Counted from the stretch's first letter, positions 19,718-29,271 are shown. The stretch is 32,000 bases of DNA from Flavobacteriaceae bacterium (GCA_965224465.1 OZ245049.1:5130001-5162000), one strand, 5' to 3'. Notes: generated by a model from the letters alone, not told the origin. Numbers and translations: made by a program.

Positions 19718-20619
19718 GAAGTGTTTTTATCAATAAATAAACGTATTTCTTCAAAATCTACATCGGAATCAAACCAAGTAATTGTGGGGTCTTTTTTAAA
19801 CCAAGTAATTTGGCGCTTTGCAAAACGACGGGTGTTTTTCTTAATCTCTTCAATTGCAAATTCCAATGATATTTCTCCGTCAAAATGCAAGAATAATTCT
19901 CTATATCCAACGGTTTGAAGTGCGTTTAACGACTTGTATTTGTGCAATGTTCGTGCTTCTTCTAGCAGTCCGTTTGCTATCATAATGTCTACGCGTTGAT
20001 TGATGCGATCATACATTAATTGTCTGTCGCTACGCAATCCTATTTGTACACTGTTAAAATTCCTAGGAGTTTTTGGTTTATTTTTAAACGAACTATACGT
20101 TTGTCCACTACCAATGCATACTTCTAAGGCACGGATTAGTCTGTGTGGATTGTCTAGTGCGATGTTATGGTATGATTCGGGGTCAAGCTTTAATAATTGC
20201 TGCTGTAAGGTTTGTATCCCTTTTTCTTCTAAGTCTGTTGTTAGTTGTATTCTTATTTCAGGAGCAACATCTGGGAAATAGTCCAAGCCTTTCAAAACTG
20301 CATTTACATACAATCCACTTCCGCCTACCATTACAACACTGGAATTGTCCTTGTGTAAATCGGTGATTTTAAGCAAGGCATCTCTTTCAAAACCACCGAC
20401 ACTATAATTTTCAAATACAGACCTGTTTTGAATAAAATAATGTGGAACAGCGGCTAATTCTTCCGCATTGGGAACAGCGGTTCCGATGGACATTTCTTTA
20501 TAAAATTGACGTGAATCACAAGAAATAATAGCGCAGTTTAAATGCTGTGCTATTTGTATACTTAAAGCAGTTTTTCCGATGGCTGTAGGGCCAACAACGG
20601 TAAATAAATGTTTAGTCAT
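19708..20619 (-). CDS. miaA: tRNA dimethylallyltransferase
   Basis: 303 aa. Has the P-loop VVGPTAIGKT and MiaA blocks (DSRQFYKEMSIGTA, GGSGLY, RRFAKRQITWF). Confidence 0.93.
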   Translation of the reverse strand: MTKHLFTVVGPTAIGKTALSIQIAQHLNCAIISCDSRQFYKEMSIGTAVPNAEELAAVPHYFIQNRSVFENYSVGGFERDALLKITDLHKDNSSVVMVGGSGLYVNAVLKGLDYFPDVAPEIRIQLTTDLEEKGIQTLQQQLLKLDPESYHNIALDNPHRLIRALEVCIGSGQTYSSFKNKPKTPRNFNSVQIGLRSDRQLMYDRINQRVDIMIANGLLEEARTLHKYKSLNALQTVGYRELFLHFDGEISLEFAIEEIKKNTRRFAKRQITWFKKDPTITWFDSDVDFEEIRLFIDKNTSKK

Positions 20620-21433
20620 GGTTTAGTTTTTCGCCACAGTTGTAGCAATAATCGGCATGGTCAAAATGATTTTCAGAACTGCACTCAGGGCAGCTTTGAG
20701 TGTTGGTACTTATAGCGTCTTGTTTGGTTATTTCGGAAGTGACAATACCTGTAGGTACGGCAATTATACCATAGCCTAGAATCATTACAATGCTCGCAAT
20801 AAATTGCCCTAAAGCAGTGTGAGGAGCAATATCTCCATAACCTACAGTAGTTAATGTGACGATTGCCCAATACATACTTTTAGGAATGTTATCAAAGCCA
20901 TTTTCTGCACCTTCCACCAAATACATGACCGTTCCTAAAATAATTGTCAATACAATCACGGCAAATAAAAACACTAATATTTTTGCTTTACTAGCTTTTA
21001 AAGCTTGAATTAATTTGTTAGAAGCACCCAAATAACGAGCAAGCTTTAAAATCCGAAAAACACGGAGTAGGCGCAATGCTCTTAAAGCAATTAGCACATG
21101 CCCTGCGCCAAATATTAAAGATAGATATTTAGGAATCGTAGCTAAAAAATCAATAATGCCATAAAAGCTAAAAATATAATGCCAAGGTTTTTTAATAGAA
21201 ATAATGCGAAGAATATATTCTATAGTAAACAGAATGGTTACTACCCATTCTGCGGTATTTAAAAAGTTATGGTAATTTGCATCAATACTTTGAACACTTT
21301 CGAGCATCACTAATATGATGCTTAATAAAATGATAAAAATAAGCAGCACATCAAAGCGTTTTCCTGCTTTGGTGTCAGCCTCATAAATGATTTCGTGGAG
21401 TTTAGATTTCCACAAGCTATTTTTTTTTGTCAT
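20612..21433 (-). CDS. Voltage-gated-type (6TM) K+ channel with a C-terminal CxxC..CxxC zinc ribbon
   Basis: Has an S4-like segment LRALRLLRVFRILKLARYL and the selectivity filter TLTTVGYGD. The C-terminal tail is CPECSSENHFDHADYCYNCGEKL. Its stop overlaps the miaA ATG (ATGACTAA). Confidence 0.85.
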   Translation of the reverse strand: MTKKNSLWKSKLHEIIYEADTKAGKRFDVLLIFIILLSIILVMLESVQSIDANYHNFLNTAEWVVTILFTIEYILRIISIKKPWHYIFSFYGIIDFLATIPKYLSLIFGAGHVLIALRALRLLRVFRILKLARYLGASNKLIQALKASKAKILVFLFAVIVLTIILGTVMYLVEGAENGFDNIPKSMYWAIVTLTTVGYGDIAPHTALGQFIASIVMILGYGIIAVPTGIVTSEITKQDAISTNTQSCPECSSENHFDHADYCYNCGEKLNHD

Positions 21434-21436
21434 AAA

Positions 21437-22516
21437 TTAAAATCGAACAATTTTTCCTACACGGTTACTTTGTAGGTATTTTTTGATAATCAATCTGTTT
21501 TGATCATTGTTTTTTAGTGGCGTAATCATCGTATGTAAAATGTCTATTTTTTCAATTTGATGTGCCAAATCCACAAAACAATAACCTATTAGGATGTCAT
21601 TTTCGATTAAAATTACTGATTTTTCTCCAATTGTACGTCCTTTATCAATCAATAAAAGGTTGGGATTGGAAAATTGGACTTTTTTATATTGTTTTATATG
21701 GCTGATGTTAAACTGGGGAGCCTTTGCAGCAAGCTCTTGAACGTAAATTAATTGCAGCAAGAGTTGGTAACCTGTTTGGTCGTAACTAATAGAACTTACA
21801 TCACGTTGAATACGCTTTGCATTTTTACTGTCTTTTAGAAATAATTGATTTACAGCTCTCTGTATGTTTTTTCCTTTGCCTATATATTGTATTGTTCCGT
21901 CAGCTGTATGGACGTAAAACACACCTTTTGTCTTCGGTAATTCAAGCAATAATTTTTGTAGCTTTGGTGCTAGGTTTTGTTTTATTTCTGGATGTATAGA
22001 CCCTGAAACAATTTCTTTATGAACATCTTTTTGTAAGAGTAGTTTAAATAATTGTACCGTAGCAAGTGCATCTCCGTCTGCTCTGTGTCTGCTGGATATA
22101 GGGATTCCTAAAGATTTGCATAGGCGTCCTAGTTTGTAAGATTCTACTTCTGGAATTAAGGTCTTACTTAGTTCTACTGTACATAAGGACTTTCGGATAA
22201 AATCATAACCCAATCGTGTGAATTCGGTTCGTAAAATTCGATAATCAAAAGTAGCGTTGTGCGCTACTATTACACAGTCTTGAGTGATTTCTACAATTCG
22301 TTTTGCTACCTCGTGAAATTTTGGTGCATTGCGAACCATTTTGCTGTTTATTCCCGTTAGTTGTACTACAAAAGGTTGTATTTCACGCTCTGGATTTACC
22401 AAGCTTACAAAATTATCAATCACCGTATGACCGTCAAATTTATAAATGGCTATTTCCGTAATTCCTTCTTCGTTGAATTTCCCCCCTGTGGTTTCTATGT
22501 CTAATATTGCGTACAC
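21437..22516 (-). CDS. DnaQ-like 3'-5' exonuclease fused to a GIY-YIG-like nuclease domain
   Basis: Exo I is LDIETTG, Exo II is VAHNATFDYRIL and Exo III is HRADGDALAT. The C-terminal half contains GVFYVH..IQYIGKGKNIQRAVNQ, which resembles GIY-YIG. Confidence 0.75.
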   Translation of the reverse strand: MYAILDIETTGGKFNEEGITEIAIYKFDGHTVIDNFVSLVNPEREIQPFVVQLTGINSKMVRNAPKFHEVAKRIVEITQDCVIVAHNATFDYRILRTEFTRLGYDFIRKSLCTVELSKTLIPEVESYKLGRLCKSLGIPISSRHRADGDALATVQLFKLLLQKDVHKEIVSGSIHPEIKQNLAPKLQKLLLELPKTKGVFYVHTADGTIQYIGKGKNIQRAVNQLFLKDSKNAKRIQRDVSSISYDQTGYQLLLQLIYVQELAAKAPQFNISHIKQYKKVQFSNPNLLLIDKGRTIGEKSVILIENDILIGYCFVDLAHQIEKIDILHTMITPLKNNDQNRLIIKKYLQSNRVGKIVRF

Positions 22517-23173
22517 TTAAATATAATTTCTAGTTCCAAAAATAGCACTTCCTACACGTACCATAGTACTTCCACAATTTATGGCTAGTGGATAATCACC
22601 GCTCATCCCCATAGATAATGTGTCAAAATTATGGATGGGTGCAAGCTGATTGTAAAGTGCTTTTAATACTTCAAATTCTGTTTTTACTATCGTAGTATCT
22701 TCTGTAAAACTTGCCATCCCCATAAAACCTTTGATTTGGATATTTTCTAAAGATTTAAATTCGTCAGATAGTAGCAGGTTTGCAACTTGATCTGTTGGTA
22801 TTCCAAATTTAGTATCTTCGTCGGCAATTTTTATTTGAAGTAGGCAAGAGATTGTTCTTCTGTGCTTTTTGGCTTGTTTGTTTATTTCCTTTAAGGTTTT
22901 TATACTATCTACTCCGTGAATCAAATCTACAAAATGAGCCATATACTTTACTTTATTGCGTTGTAAATGTCCTATCATGTGCCATTTGATATCCTTTGGT
23001 AATTCCTCAAATTTGGCGACCATTTCTTGAATTTTATTTTCTCCAAATACACGCTGACCAGCTTTGTAAGCCTCTAAAATATCACTTGCAGGTTTGGTTT
23101 TAGACACCGCTACAAGTAATATGTTATTGGGGATTTCTTTTCGAATACTCGCAAGATTTGCTTCAATACTCAT
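22517..23173 (-). CDS. yggS: YggS-family pyridoxal-phosphate homeostasis protein
   Basis: 218 aa. Contains VAVSKTKP (PLP lysine) and HMIGHLQRNKVKY, with a C-terminal VRVGSAIFG. Confidence 0.9.
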   Translation of the reverse strand: MSIEANLASIRKEIPNNILLVAVSKTKPASDILEAYKAGQRVFGENKIQEMVAKFEELPKDIKWHMIGHLQRNKVKYMAHFVDLIHGVDSIKTLKEINKQAKKHRRTISCLLQIKIADEDTKFGIPTDQVANLLLSDEFKSLENIQIKGFMGMASFTEDTTIVKTEFEVLKALYNQLAPIHNFDTLSMGMSGDYPLAINCGSTMVRVGSAIFGTRNYI

Positions 23174-23228
23174 ACCTTATAATGTTGTTTTTTTTCGAAG
23201 TCAAAGATACGGTAAAAATATGAGCTTT

Positions 23229-24473
23229 TTACTGCGCTTTCATTTCAAATATGGTGAGCCCACTTCGTAATTTTGGTTCGATATATGTGCTTTTGGGGGG
23301 CATTTTTAAATTTTCATCTGCAACAGCCTTAAGCTGAGTTGTAGAGACGGGGAATAAACCAAATCCAACCTTGTATTTTCCAGAATCTACCTGGTTTTTG
23401 AGTTGTTGGTCGTCAAATTTTGCAGGCATGCATTTGATACGCGTATTGATACTTAAATCCTCAATTCCCAGGATGGGCTTTAGGATGGTTTTATAAATAA
23501 TATGTGGATCCAAATCGGATTTGGCATTGTTGATTTTATAATCCATATTCCGTAAGTATAAGGAATAATATTCACCGTCCAAATACATGCTAAAATGGTG
23601 TTTTTTTGTTGGTTTATAACGTTGCTGTCTACGGTTTTCAATGCGATACGTGACTTTTAATGCAGCTAAAAATGCTGATTTACTCAGCCCGTTAAGATCC
23701 TTTATCAAACGATCAAAAGCAGTGATTTGTAAATTGGCATCTGAAATTAAATAACTCATAAAAAAATTATAGTCCTCTTCTCCAGTATGGTTTGGGTTTT
23801 CAGATTTTAATTTTTTTGCTAAAAAATTGGAAGAAGCACTTCTGTGATGTCCGTCTGCGATGTATATGCAATCCATCTGTTCAAATTCTTTTTCGATGCT
23901 AAAAATATCTAGATCGTCATCTATAATCCAAAATTTATGCGTCCTTTTTGTGTGTGTTGTAAATTCGTATTCGGAGCGTTTACTGGCGTATTTTGTGTAA
24001 ATACGATTGATAAGATTGCTGTCTGGATAGGTGAGGAGTACAGGTTCTGCGTTAAACCCAGTAATGTTTAAGTAATTTCCAAAAAGCTCCTCTTTGTGTT
24101 GTATGGTGTCTTCGTGTTTCTTAATCACATTATTTTGATAATCCTCCACATTTGCTACGGCTATTATTCCCCAAAATAAATCGTCTTCAAAAGTCTTTTG
24201 ATGTAAGTAATAACTGGGTTTATCATCTTTAAGATAAATGTTCTCTTGCTTGAATTCTTTGTATTTTTCTGCAACAAGTTTGAACCGTTCTTCTCCTGAA
24301 TATTCAATATTATCTGTGTATCCAGGCTTTATGACATGTAAAAAAGAATAGGGATTAAAATCTAAAGACGCATTCAATTCATCTTCTTTATAGGCCTCGT
24401 AGGATCGGGAAGTAGCGAGTGCAGCTTTGTCGCGTGTAGGGCGTATTGCTCTAAAAGGTTTTATAATAGCCAT
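23229..24473 (-). CDS. DUF1015 family protein
   Basis: 414 aa. The N-terminus MAIIKPFRAIRP and the block IADGHHR are characteristic of DUF1015. It lies next to serA/serC, as is often seen. Confidence 0.75.
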   Translation of the reverse strand: MAIIKPFRAIRPTRDKAALATSRSYEAYKEDELNASLDFNPYSFLHVIKPGYTDNIEYSGEERFKLVAEKYKEFKQENIYLKDDKPSYYLHQKTFEDDLFWGIIAVANVEDYQNNVIKKHEDTIQHKEELFGNYLNITGFNAEPVLLTYPDSNLINRIYTKYASKRSEYEFTTHTKRTHKFWIIDDDLDIFSIEKEFEQMDCIYIADGHHRSASSNFLAKKLKSENPNHTGEEDYNFFMSYLISDANLQITAFDRLIKDLNGLSKSAFLAALKVTYRIENRRQQRYKPTKKHHFSMYLDGEYYSLYLRNMDYKINNAKSDLDPHIIYKTILKPILGIEDLSINTRIKCMPAKFDDQQLKNQVDSGKYKVGFGLFPVSTTQLKAVADENLKMPPKSTYIEPKLRSGLTIFEMKAQ

Positions 24474-24502
24474 AAGATTCTCGTATTTGAGTATGTGTAT
24501 CC

Positions 24503-24510
24503 CAAAGGTA
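24503..24510 (-). promoter_or_regulatory. -7 promoter box (TACCTTTG on the - strand) for the DUF1015-yggS-exonuclease-channel-miaA gene string
   Basis: The + strand reads CAAAGGTA. This is an exact TAnnTTTG match on the - strand, 30 nt upstream of the start at 24473. Confidence 0.45.
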
Positions 24511-24662
24511 CAATGAAAATCACCTATTTTTAATAAAAAAAACGTTTTCGTAAAGATTTAGAAATTCCTTAATAATTGTTTGTTTGTCTTAAGAAAATGA
24601 TTCCGTAATGCAGTTTTTTTTCTTTAATCTGTACGTTCTAGCACTTAGAAGTCTTTTTTCTG

Positions 24663-24693
24663 AATAAAAAGAGCCACTTGTACAAGTGGCTCT
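24663..24693 (-). terminator. Rho-independent terminator after serA
   Basis: Perfect 24-nt palindrome AGAGCCACTTGTACAAGTGGCTCT (24670-24693), followed on the - strand by a T-run. Confidence 0.85.
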
Positions 24694-24715
24694 TTTAAAT
24701 AGATGTGATTTTTAT

Positions 24716-25666
24716 TTAAGTAAGAATCTCAATAATTTGATCTGCTAATTCAGTACCTATTCTATTTTGAGCTTCTCCTGTAGCAGCTCCAATATGTGGT
24801 GTAAGTGATAGGTTTGGATTCATTAATAATTGAACTTCTGGTTGCGGCTCATTTTCGTAAACATCTAAAGCTGCAGAGGCAATATGTCCAGATTCTAAAG
24901 CCTGTACAAGTGCCATTTCGTCTACAACTCCTCCACGAGAAGCATTTACGAGGACAGCTCCTTTTTTCATGAGTTCAAATTCTTGTGTTGAGATAACGTA
25001 TTCTTCTTGAGCTGGTACGTGTAGCGTGATAAAATCAGCTTCTTTCAATACGTCTTCTTTTGAGATGGTAGCTACGTTAAAAAATAAAGATTGGTCATCA
25101 AAAAATGTTACTTCTAGGTTTACTTGATCAATAAAAGGATCAAAAGCAATCACTTTCATCCCAAGTCCAAGTGCTATTTTTGCAGTGGCTTGACCAATAC
25201 GTCCAAAGCCTAAAACACCCAATGTTTTTCCTCTAAGTTCTACACCTCCAGCAAATGCTTTCTTTAATCCCTTAAAATTAGCATCGCCTTCTAAAGGCAT
25301 ATTTCTATTAGAAACATGTAAGAAACGCGCCATTCCAAATAAGTGTGCAAACACCAATTCAGCTACTGAATGTGAAGAAGCAGCAGGTGTATTTATTACT
25401 TTTAAACCTTTTTTTCGAGCGTATTCAACATCTATATTATCCATTCCAACGCCTCCGCGTCCTATCACTTTTAATGATGGACAACCGTCTATGATATCCT
25501 GGCGTACGGTAGTGGCACTACGTACTAAAATTACATCAATTTGATGTTTGTTTATGTATTTAATGAGTTGGTCTTGTGAAACCGTTGTTAATATTACTTC
25601 GAAACCTGCATTTTCCAATGCAATTACACCACTTGTGGCTATTCCGTCATTTGCGAGTACCTTCAT
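24716..25666 (-). CDS. serA: D-3-phosphoglycerate dehydrogenase (short form)
   Basis: 316 aa. Has the NAD-binding motif GVLGFGRIG and 2-hydroxyacid dehydrogenase blocks. It starts 10 nt downstream of serC. Confidence 0.85.
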   Translation of the reverse strand: MKVLANDGIATSGVIALENAGFEVILTTVSQDQLIKYINKHQIDVILVRSATTVRQDIIDGCPSLKVIGRGGVGMDNIDVEYARKKGLKVINTPAASSHSVAELVFAHLFGMARFLHVSNRNMPLEGDANFKGLKKAFAGGVELRGKTLGVLGFGRIGQATAKIALGLGMKVIAFDPFIDQVNLEVTFFDDQSLFFNVATISKEDVLKEADFITLHVPAQEEYVISTQEFELMKKGAVLVNASRGGVVDEMALVQALESGHIASAALDVYENEPQPEVQLLMNPNLSLTPHIGAATGEAQNRIGTELADQIIEILT

Positions 25667-25676
25667 AGTTTTTATT

Positions 25677-26744
25677 TTAAACTTGTTCTTCTAATTGTTT
25701 CATAGTAGCTACCAATACTTGGATGCTTTCGATAGGCATAGCATTGTAAATACTTGCTCTGTAACCACCTACAGAACGGTGTCCTTTTAATCCACTGATC
25801 CCTACTTTGTTCCACATTTTGTCAAATGTTTCTTGTTTGCTTTGGTCTGTTAAGTTAAATGTAACATTCATCAACGATCTGTCTGCTACGGCAGCATAGC
25901 CTTTGAATAATGGATTTCTGTCAATCTCATTATATAAAATGGCTGCTTTTGCTTCGTTTAATTTTTCGATGGCTTCTAAACCTCCTAATTTTTTAACCCA
26001 CTGTAATGTTAACATAGATACATATACAGGGAATACAGGTGGTGTATTAAACATGCTGTCTTTGCTAATATGTACTTGGTAATCTAACATTGCAGGGATT
26101 TTACGTCCTGTTTTTCCTAAAATCTCATCTTTTACGATGACCAAGGTAGTTCCTGCGGGGCCCATATTTTTTTGAGCTCCAGCATAAATTAAATCAAATT
26201 GAGTAAAATCTATTTTCTTAGAAAATATATCAGAACTCATATCACAAACTAATAAGGCATCTGTTTTTGGAAACTCTTTTAATTGAGTGCCGTAAATAGT
26301 ATTATTCGATGTTACATGTACATAATCTACATCAGTCGGAACAACGTAATTTTTTGGAATATAATTAAAACCTTTGTCTTTAGACGATCCCATTATAACT
26401 ACTTCTCCTAAAGCTTCTGCCTCTTTTATTGCTTTAGAACTCCATGCACCAGTGTCTAAATATGCCGCTTTTCCATTTACTTTCATTAAATTATACGCGG
26501 ACATTAAAAACTCTAAACTTGCACCGCCTTGTAAGAATAATACAGAATACCCTTCAGGTAATTCCAATAATTCTTTCACCAAACTGCGAGCAGTTTCCAT
26601 TACCTCTACAAAATCTTTACTTCTATGAGAAATCTCAATTAACGATAAATCCAAACCGTTAAAATTTACGACTGCTTCTGATGCCTTTTTTAATACTTCT
26701 TGTGGCAAAATACAAGGGCCTGCACTAAAATTGTGTTTTTTCAT
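25677..26744 (-). CDS. serC: Phosphoserine aminotransferase
   Basis: 355 aa. N-terminus is MKKHNFSAGPCILPQEVL. The PLP-lysine region is GAQKNMGPAG. Confidence 0.92.
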   Translation of the reverse strand: MKKHNFSAGPCILPQEVLKKASEAVVNFNGLDLSLIEISHRSKDFVEVMETARSLVKELLELPEGYSVLFLQGGASLEFLMSAYNLMKVNGKAAYLDTGAWSSKAIKEAEALGEVVIMGSSKDKGFNYIPKNYVVPTDVDYVHVTSNNTIYGTQLKEFPKTDALLVCDMSSDIFSKKIDFTQFDLIYAGAQKNMGPAGTTLVIVKDEILGKTGRKIPAMLDYQVHISKDSMFNTPPVFPVYVSMLTLQWVKKLGGLEAIEKLNEAKAAILYNEIDRNPLFKGYAAVADRSLMNVTFNLTDQSKQETFDKMWNKVGISGLKGHRSVGGYRASIYNAMPIESIQVLVATMKQLEEQV

Positions 26745-26841
26745 AAAATGATTAGATAAAATTGTTTAGTTGTGAAATTTTACTATTGCAAAGTTTAACA
26801 AAAAAAAGGAAATCTACACCATATATTAGTTAAAAAAAGTA

Positions 26842-27900
26842 TCACAATTTTATCAAAAATTCAATAGTATCTACCCTATCCGCATAATCCCATAATTGAG
26901 GGTTCTGTGTGTCTCCGAAATCGATATAGTTGTTGTCAATTGACTTATTTACAATGCATTGTATGTTTTTTGACTGGGATTCTAAAGTCTCTGCAAGTGC
27001 TCCTATATCGTTGTAGTACTCATAAAAAAGTGTCGCTATAGGAGATCCAAAACTAGATTCTTCTTTTAATACCAAAAAACCGTTGTCTTTCAATTTAAAG
27101 AGGCTCATCAGATAGACTGCTTTGTTATAATCGTAGTTATTTGCGTATTTATCGTAATAAATAATGTCTTTATGCTTAAACATTGCCTCAAAAAAAGCAT
27201 CAAAATTGTAGTTTATCGGGACATATAATTTTGAAACAGATCTGCAACCCAAACCAAAATATTGAAAAATATCATCACCCAATGCTTCTAATTCTTTGGG
27301 TGTTTCTTTTCCCGTTAATATGGCTACAGAATTCCTGTTTTTTCTGATAATATTTGGATGTTTTCCAAAATAATAATCAAAATAACGGGATGTATTGTTG
27401 CTTCCTGTTGCAATTACGGCGTCAAAATTTTCTAGTTTCTGTTCTGTAAAAGTGATTTTCCCTTTAAAAGATGGCTGTATTTGCTCTAAATATTTGGCGA
27501 ATAGAGGCAGCATTTGCTTGTCGTTAGATGATAGTTTAACCAAAGCGTTGTGCCCCGTAATTAATACAGATAAAAAGTCGTGAAAGCCTACTAGTGGGAT
27601 GTTTCCAGCCATAATAATAGCCACTGTTTGTGGCTTCTTTGCTGTAATAGTATAATTTTCCAGCCATTTGTCTAAGTTATTCTTTGATAAGGCGTTGCTC
27701 CAGCCTTCTATTGCAAAAAGTACATTGTTGATCGTATACCAACTGTTTTGCTCGCGGGCGCGTTTTATTTGCATGTGAAATGCATCAAAAAAGAGATCGT
27801 TGTGTGGAATTCCTTCTTGTTGTTTGATTTCTTTTTCAGTAAATTGACTTAAAAAATTTCCGAGCGCAGTAAAGGCTTCAATTCGTTGGTCCAAATTCAT
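26842..27900 (-). CDS. LuxC-like acyl-CoA reductase family protein
   Basis: I trimmed the start to the Met of MNLDQRIEAFTALGNF (codon 40 of the track ORF). The upstream 39 codons overlap the divergent promoter region and the ferredoxin start. Overall it resembles flavobacterial acyl-CoA reductases. This family call comes from memory of those proteins. Confidence 0.65.
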   Translation of the reverse strand: MNLDQRIEAFTALGNFLSQFTEKEIKQQEGIPHNDLFFDAFHMQIKRAREQNSWYTINNVLFAIEGWSNALSKNNLDKWLENYTITAKKPQTVAIIMAGNIPLVGFHDFLSVLITGHNALVKLSSNDKQMLPLFAKYLEQIQPSFKGKITFTEQKLENFDAVIATGSNNTSRYFDYYFGKHPNIIRKNRNSVAILTGKETPKELEALGDDIFQYFGLGCRSVSKLYVPINYNFDAFFEAMFKHKDIIYYDKYANNYDYNKAVYLMSLFKLKDNGFLVLKEESSFGSPIATLFYEYYNDIGALAETLESQSKNIQCIVNKSIDNNYIDFGDTQNPQLWDYADRVDTIEFLIKL

Positions 27901-27923
27901 ATCGATTGGAATAAATTTTAGTT

Positions 27924-27931
27924 TATATTTG
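27924..27931 (+). promoter_or_regulatory. -7 promoter box (TATATTTG) for the ferredoxin gene
   Basis: Exact TAnnTTTG match, 25 nt upstream of the ATG at 27956. Confidence 0.5.
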
Positions 27932-27933
27932 TG

Positions 27934-27941
27934 CAAATTTA
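27934..27941 (-). promoter_or_regulatory. -7 promoter box (TAAATTTG on the - strand) for the acyl-CoA reductase gene
   Basis: The + strand reads CAAATTTA. It is separated by 2 bp from the oppositely oriented + strand box, and lies 34 nt upstream of the start at 27900. Confidence 0.45.
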
Positions 27942-27955
27942 ATTTAAATAATATT

Positions 27956-28303
27956 ATGGCAATAATTATTACTGACGAATGTATAAATTGTGGCGCCTGT
28001 GAACCAGAATGTCCCAATAATGCAATATATGAAGCCGCTGAAAATTGGAAATTATCAGACGGAACCTCTTTAACAGGAAATGTGGTATTACCAAACGGAA
28101 ACGAATTTGATTCGGATCAAGAACAAGAGGCAATTGAAGATGATGTTTATTTTATCGTAGCAGATAAATGTACGGAATGTATTGGATTTCATGACGAGCC
28201 GCAATGTGCAGCAGTTTGTCCTGTTGATTGTTGTGTCCCAGACGAGGAGAACGAAGAAACAGAAATACAATTGACCGCAAAAAAAGAATTTTTGCACAAA
28301 TAA
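27956..28303 (+). CDS. 4Fe-4S dicluster ferredoxin
   Basis: Has two cluster motifs, CINCGACEPECP and CTECIGFHDEPQCAAVCP. I trimmed the start to MAIIITDE because the track's upstream alternative start falls inside the promoter box. Confidence 0.88.
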   Translation: MAIIITDECINCGACEPECPNNAIYEAAENWKLSDGTSLTGNVVLPNGNEFDSDQEQEAIEDDVYFIVADKCTECIGFHDEPQCAAVCPVDCCVPDEENEETEIQLTAKKEFLHK

Positions 28304-28471
28304 TCCCCACAGGTGGAGACGTACATATATTATGTCTTCACCAAAAGGAAGGATTCAGAACATCTATCGATAAACAATACATTTATTTAGATAGAATACA
28401 TTGTTTTTGTATCGCTTAAATATCGCTTGTGTACTGTGCGTAAGAACTTCATAAAGGCATGAGTCCATTTC

Positions 28472-28488
28472 ATTATTATTATTATTAT
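28472..28488. repeat. (ATT)5 microsatellite just upstream of cutC
   Basis: Reads attattattattattat and ends 8 nt before the ATG at 28496. Confidence 0.9.
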
Positions 28489-28495
28489 AAAAATC

Positions 28496-29188
28496 ATGAT
28501 TTTCGAAATTTGTACAGATTCATTGGCAGGTGTAGTCGCTGCTCAAGAGCAAAAATGCAAGCGTATTGAATTATGTGCTGCCTTGTCCGTTGGTGGGTTG
28601 ACGCCTAGTATTGGGTTGGTAATCCAATGTGTAGGTTATGGGGATATAGAAATTCATGCAATGATACGTCCTAGAGAAGGTGATTTTGTGTATCAGAACG
28701 ATGAAATTTCTGTGATGAAAAACAACATTCAACAATTGGCTTTAGCAGGTGTTAAAGGTGTTGTTTTTGGCGTGTTAAATGATGATGGAACTATTGCAAC
28801 TGTAAATTTTAATTTATTAAAGTTGGCAAAATCATTGGGTTTAGAAGTTACTTTTCACAGAGCATTTGATTTTGTTAAAAACATGCATGTTGCGATTGAA
28901 GTTTTGATTGCTTATGGATTTGATAGAATTTTAACGTCTGGATTGGCTGAAACAGCAGAAATAGGATTGCCTGTTCTTGAAAAATTGCAAGCAAATTATG
29001 GAGGTCAGATTCAGATTATGGCAGGAAGTGGTGTAACTGTTTTAAATATTCAAAAATTTGCAGATATAGGAATTGAACAGGTTCATTTTACTGCTAGAAA
29101 ACCTGTTTCTAAATCTACAAAATTGGATATGGGAACAAAAATGGAAGTGGATATAGAAAAAATAAAAAACATGGTTTCTATATTTTAG
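28496..29188 (+). CDS. cutC: CutC-family copper homeostasis protein
   Basis: 230 aa. N-terminus is EICTDS..A..A...GA.RIELC, and the block HRAFD is present. Confidence 0.85.
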   Translation: MIFEICTDSLAGVVAAQEQKCKRIELCAALSVGGLTPSIGLVIQCVGYGDIEIHAMIRPREGDFVYQNDEISVMKNNIQQLALAGVKGVVFGVLNDDGTIATVNFNLLKLAKSLGLEVTFHRAFDFVKNMHVAIEVLIAYGFDRILTSGLAETAEIGLPVLEKLQANYGGQIQIMAGSGVTVLNIQKFADIGIEQVHFTARKPVSKSTKLDMGTKMEVDIEKIKNMVSIF

Positions 29189-29230
29189 TGCTTTATTAAA
29201 TAGTAGAGGTGTATTGTGTCTCTTCTCATA

Positions 29231-29271
29231 AAAAAAAATCCGTTAAATAGTTTATTTAACGGATTTTTTTG
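29231..29271. terminator. Bidirectional Rho-independent terminator
   Basis: A8, then stem ATCCGTTAAAT/ATTTAACGGAT (11 bp, 5-nt loop), then T7. Confidence 0.85.

Noticed and set aside
24634-24646. acgttctagc matches the reverse complement of the repeat's gctagaacgt block
   Set aside because: Only 10 nt match, with no flanking homology, so it is not enough to call another copy.
28228-28419. 63-aa ORF overlapping the 3' end of the ferredoxin gene
   Set aside because: It is out of frame inside and just beyond a supported CDS, has a basic low-complexity translation, and has no start context.
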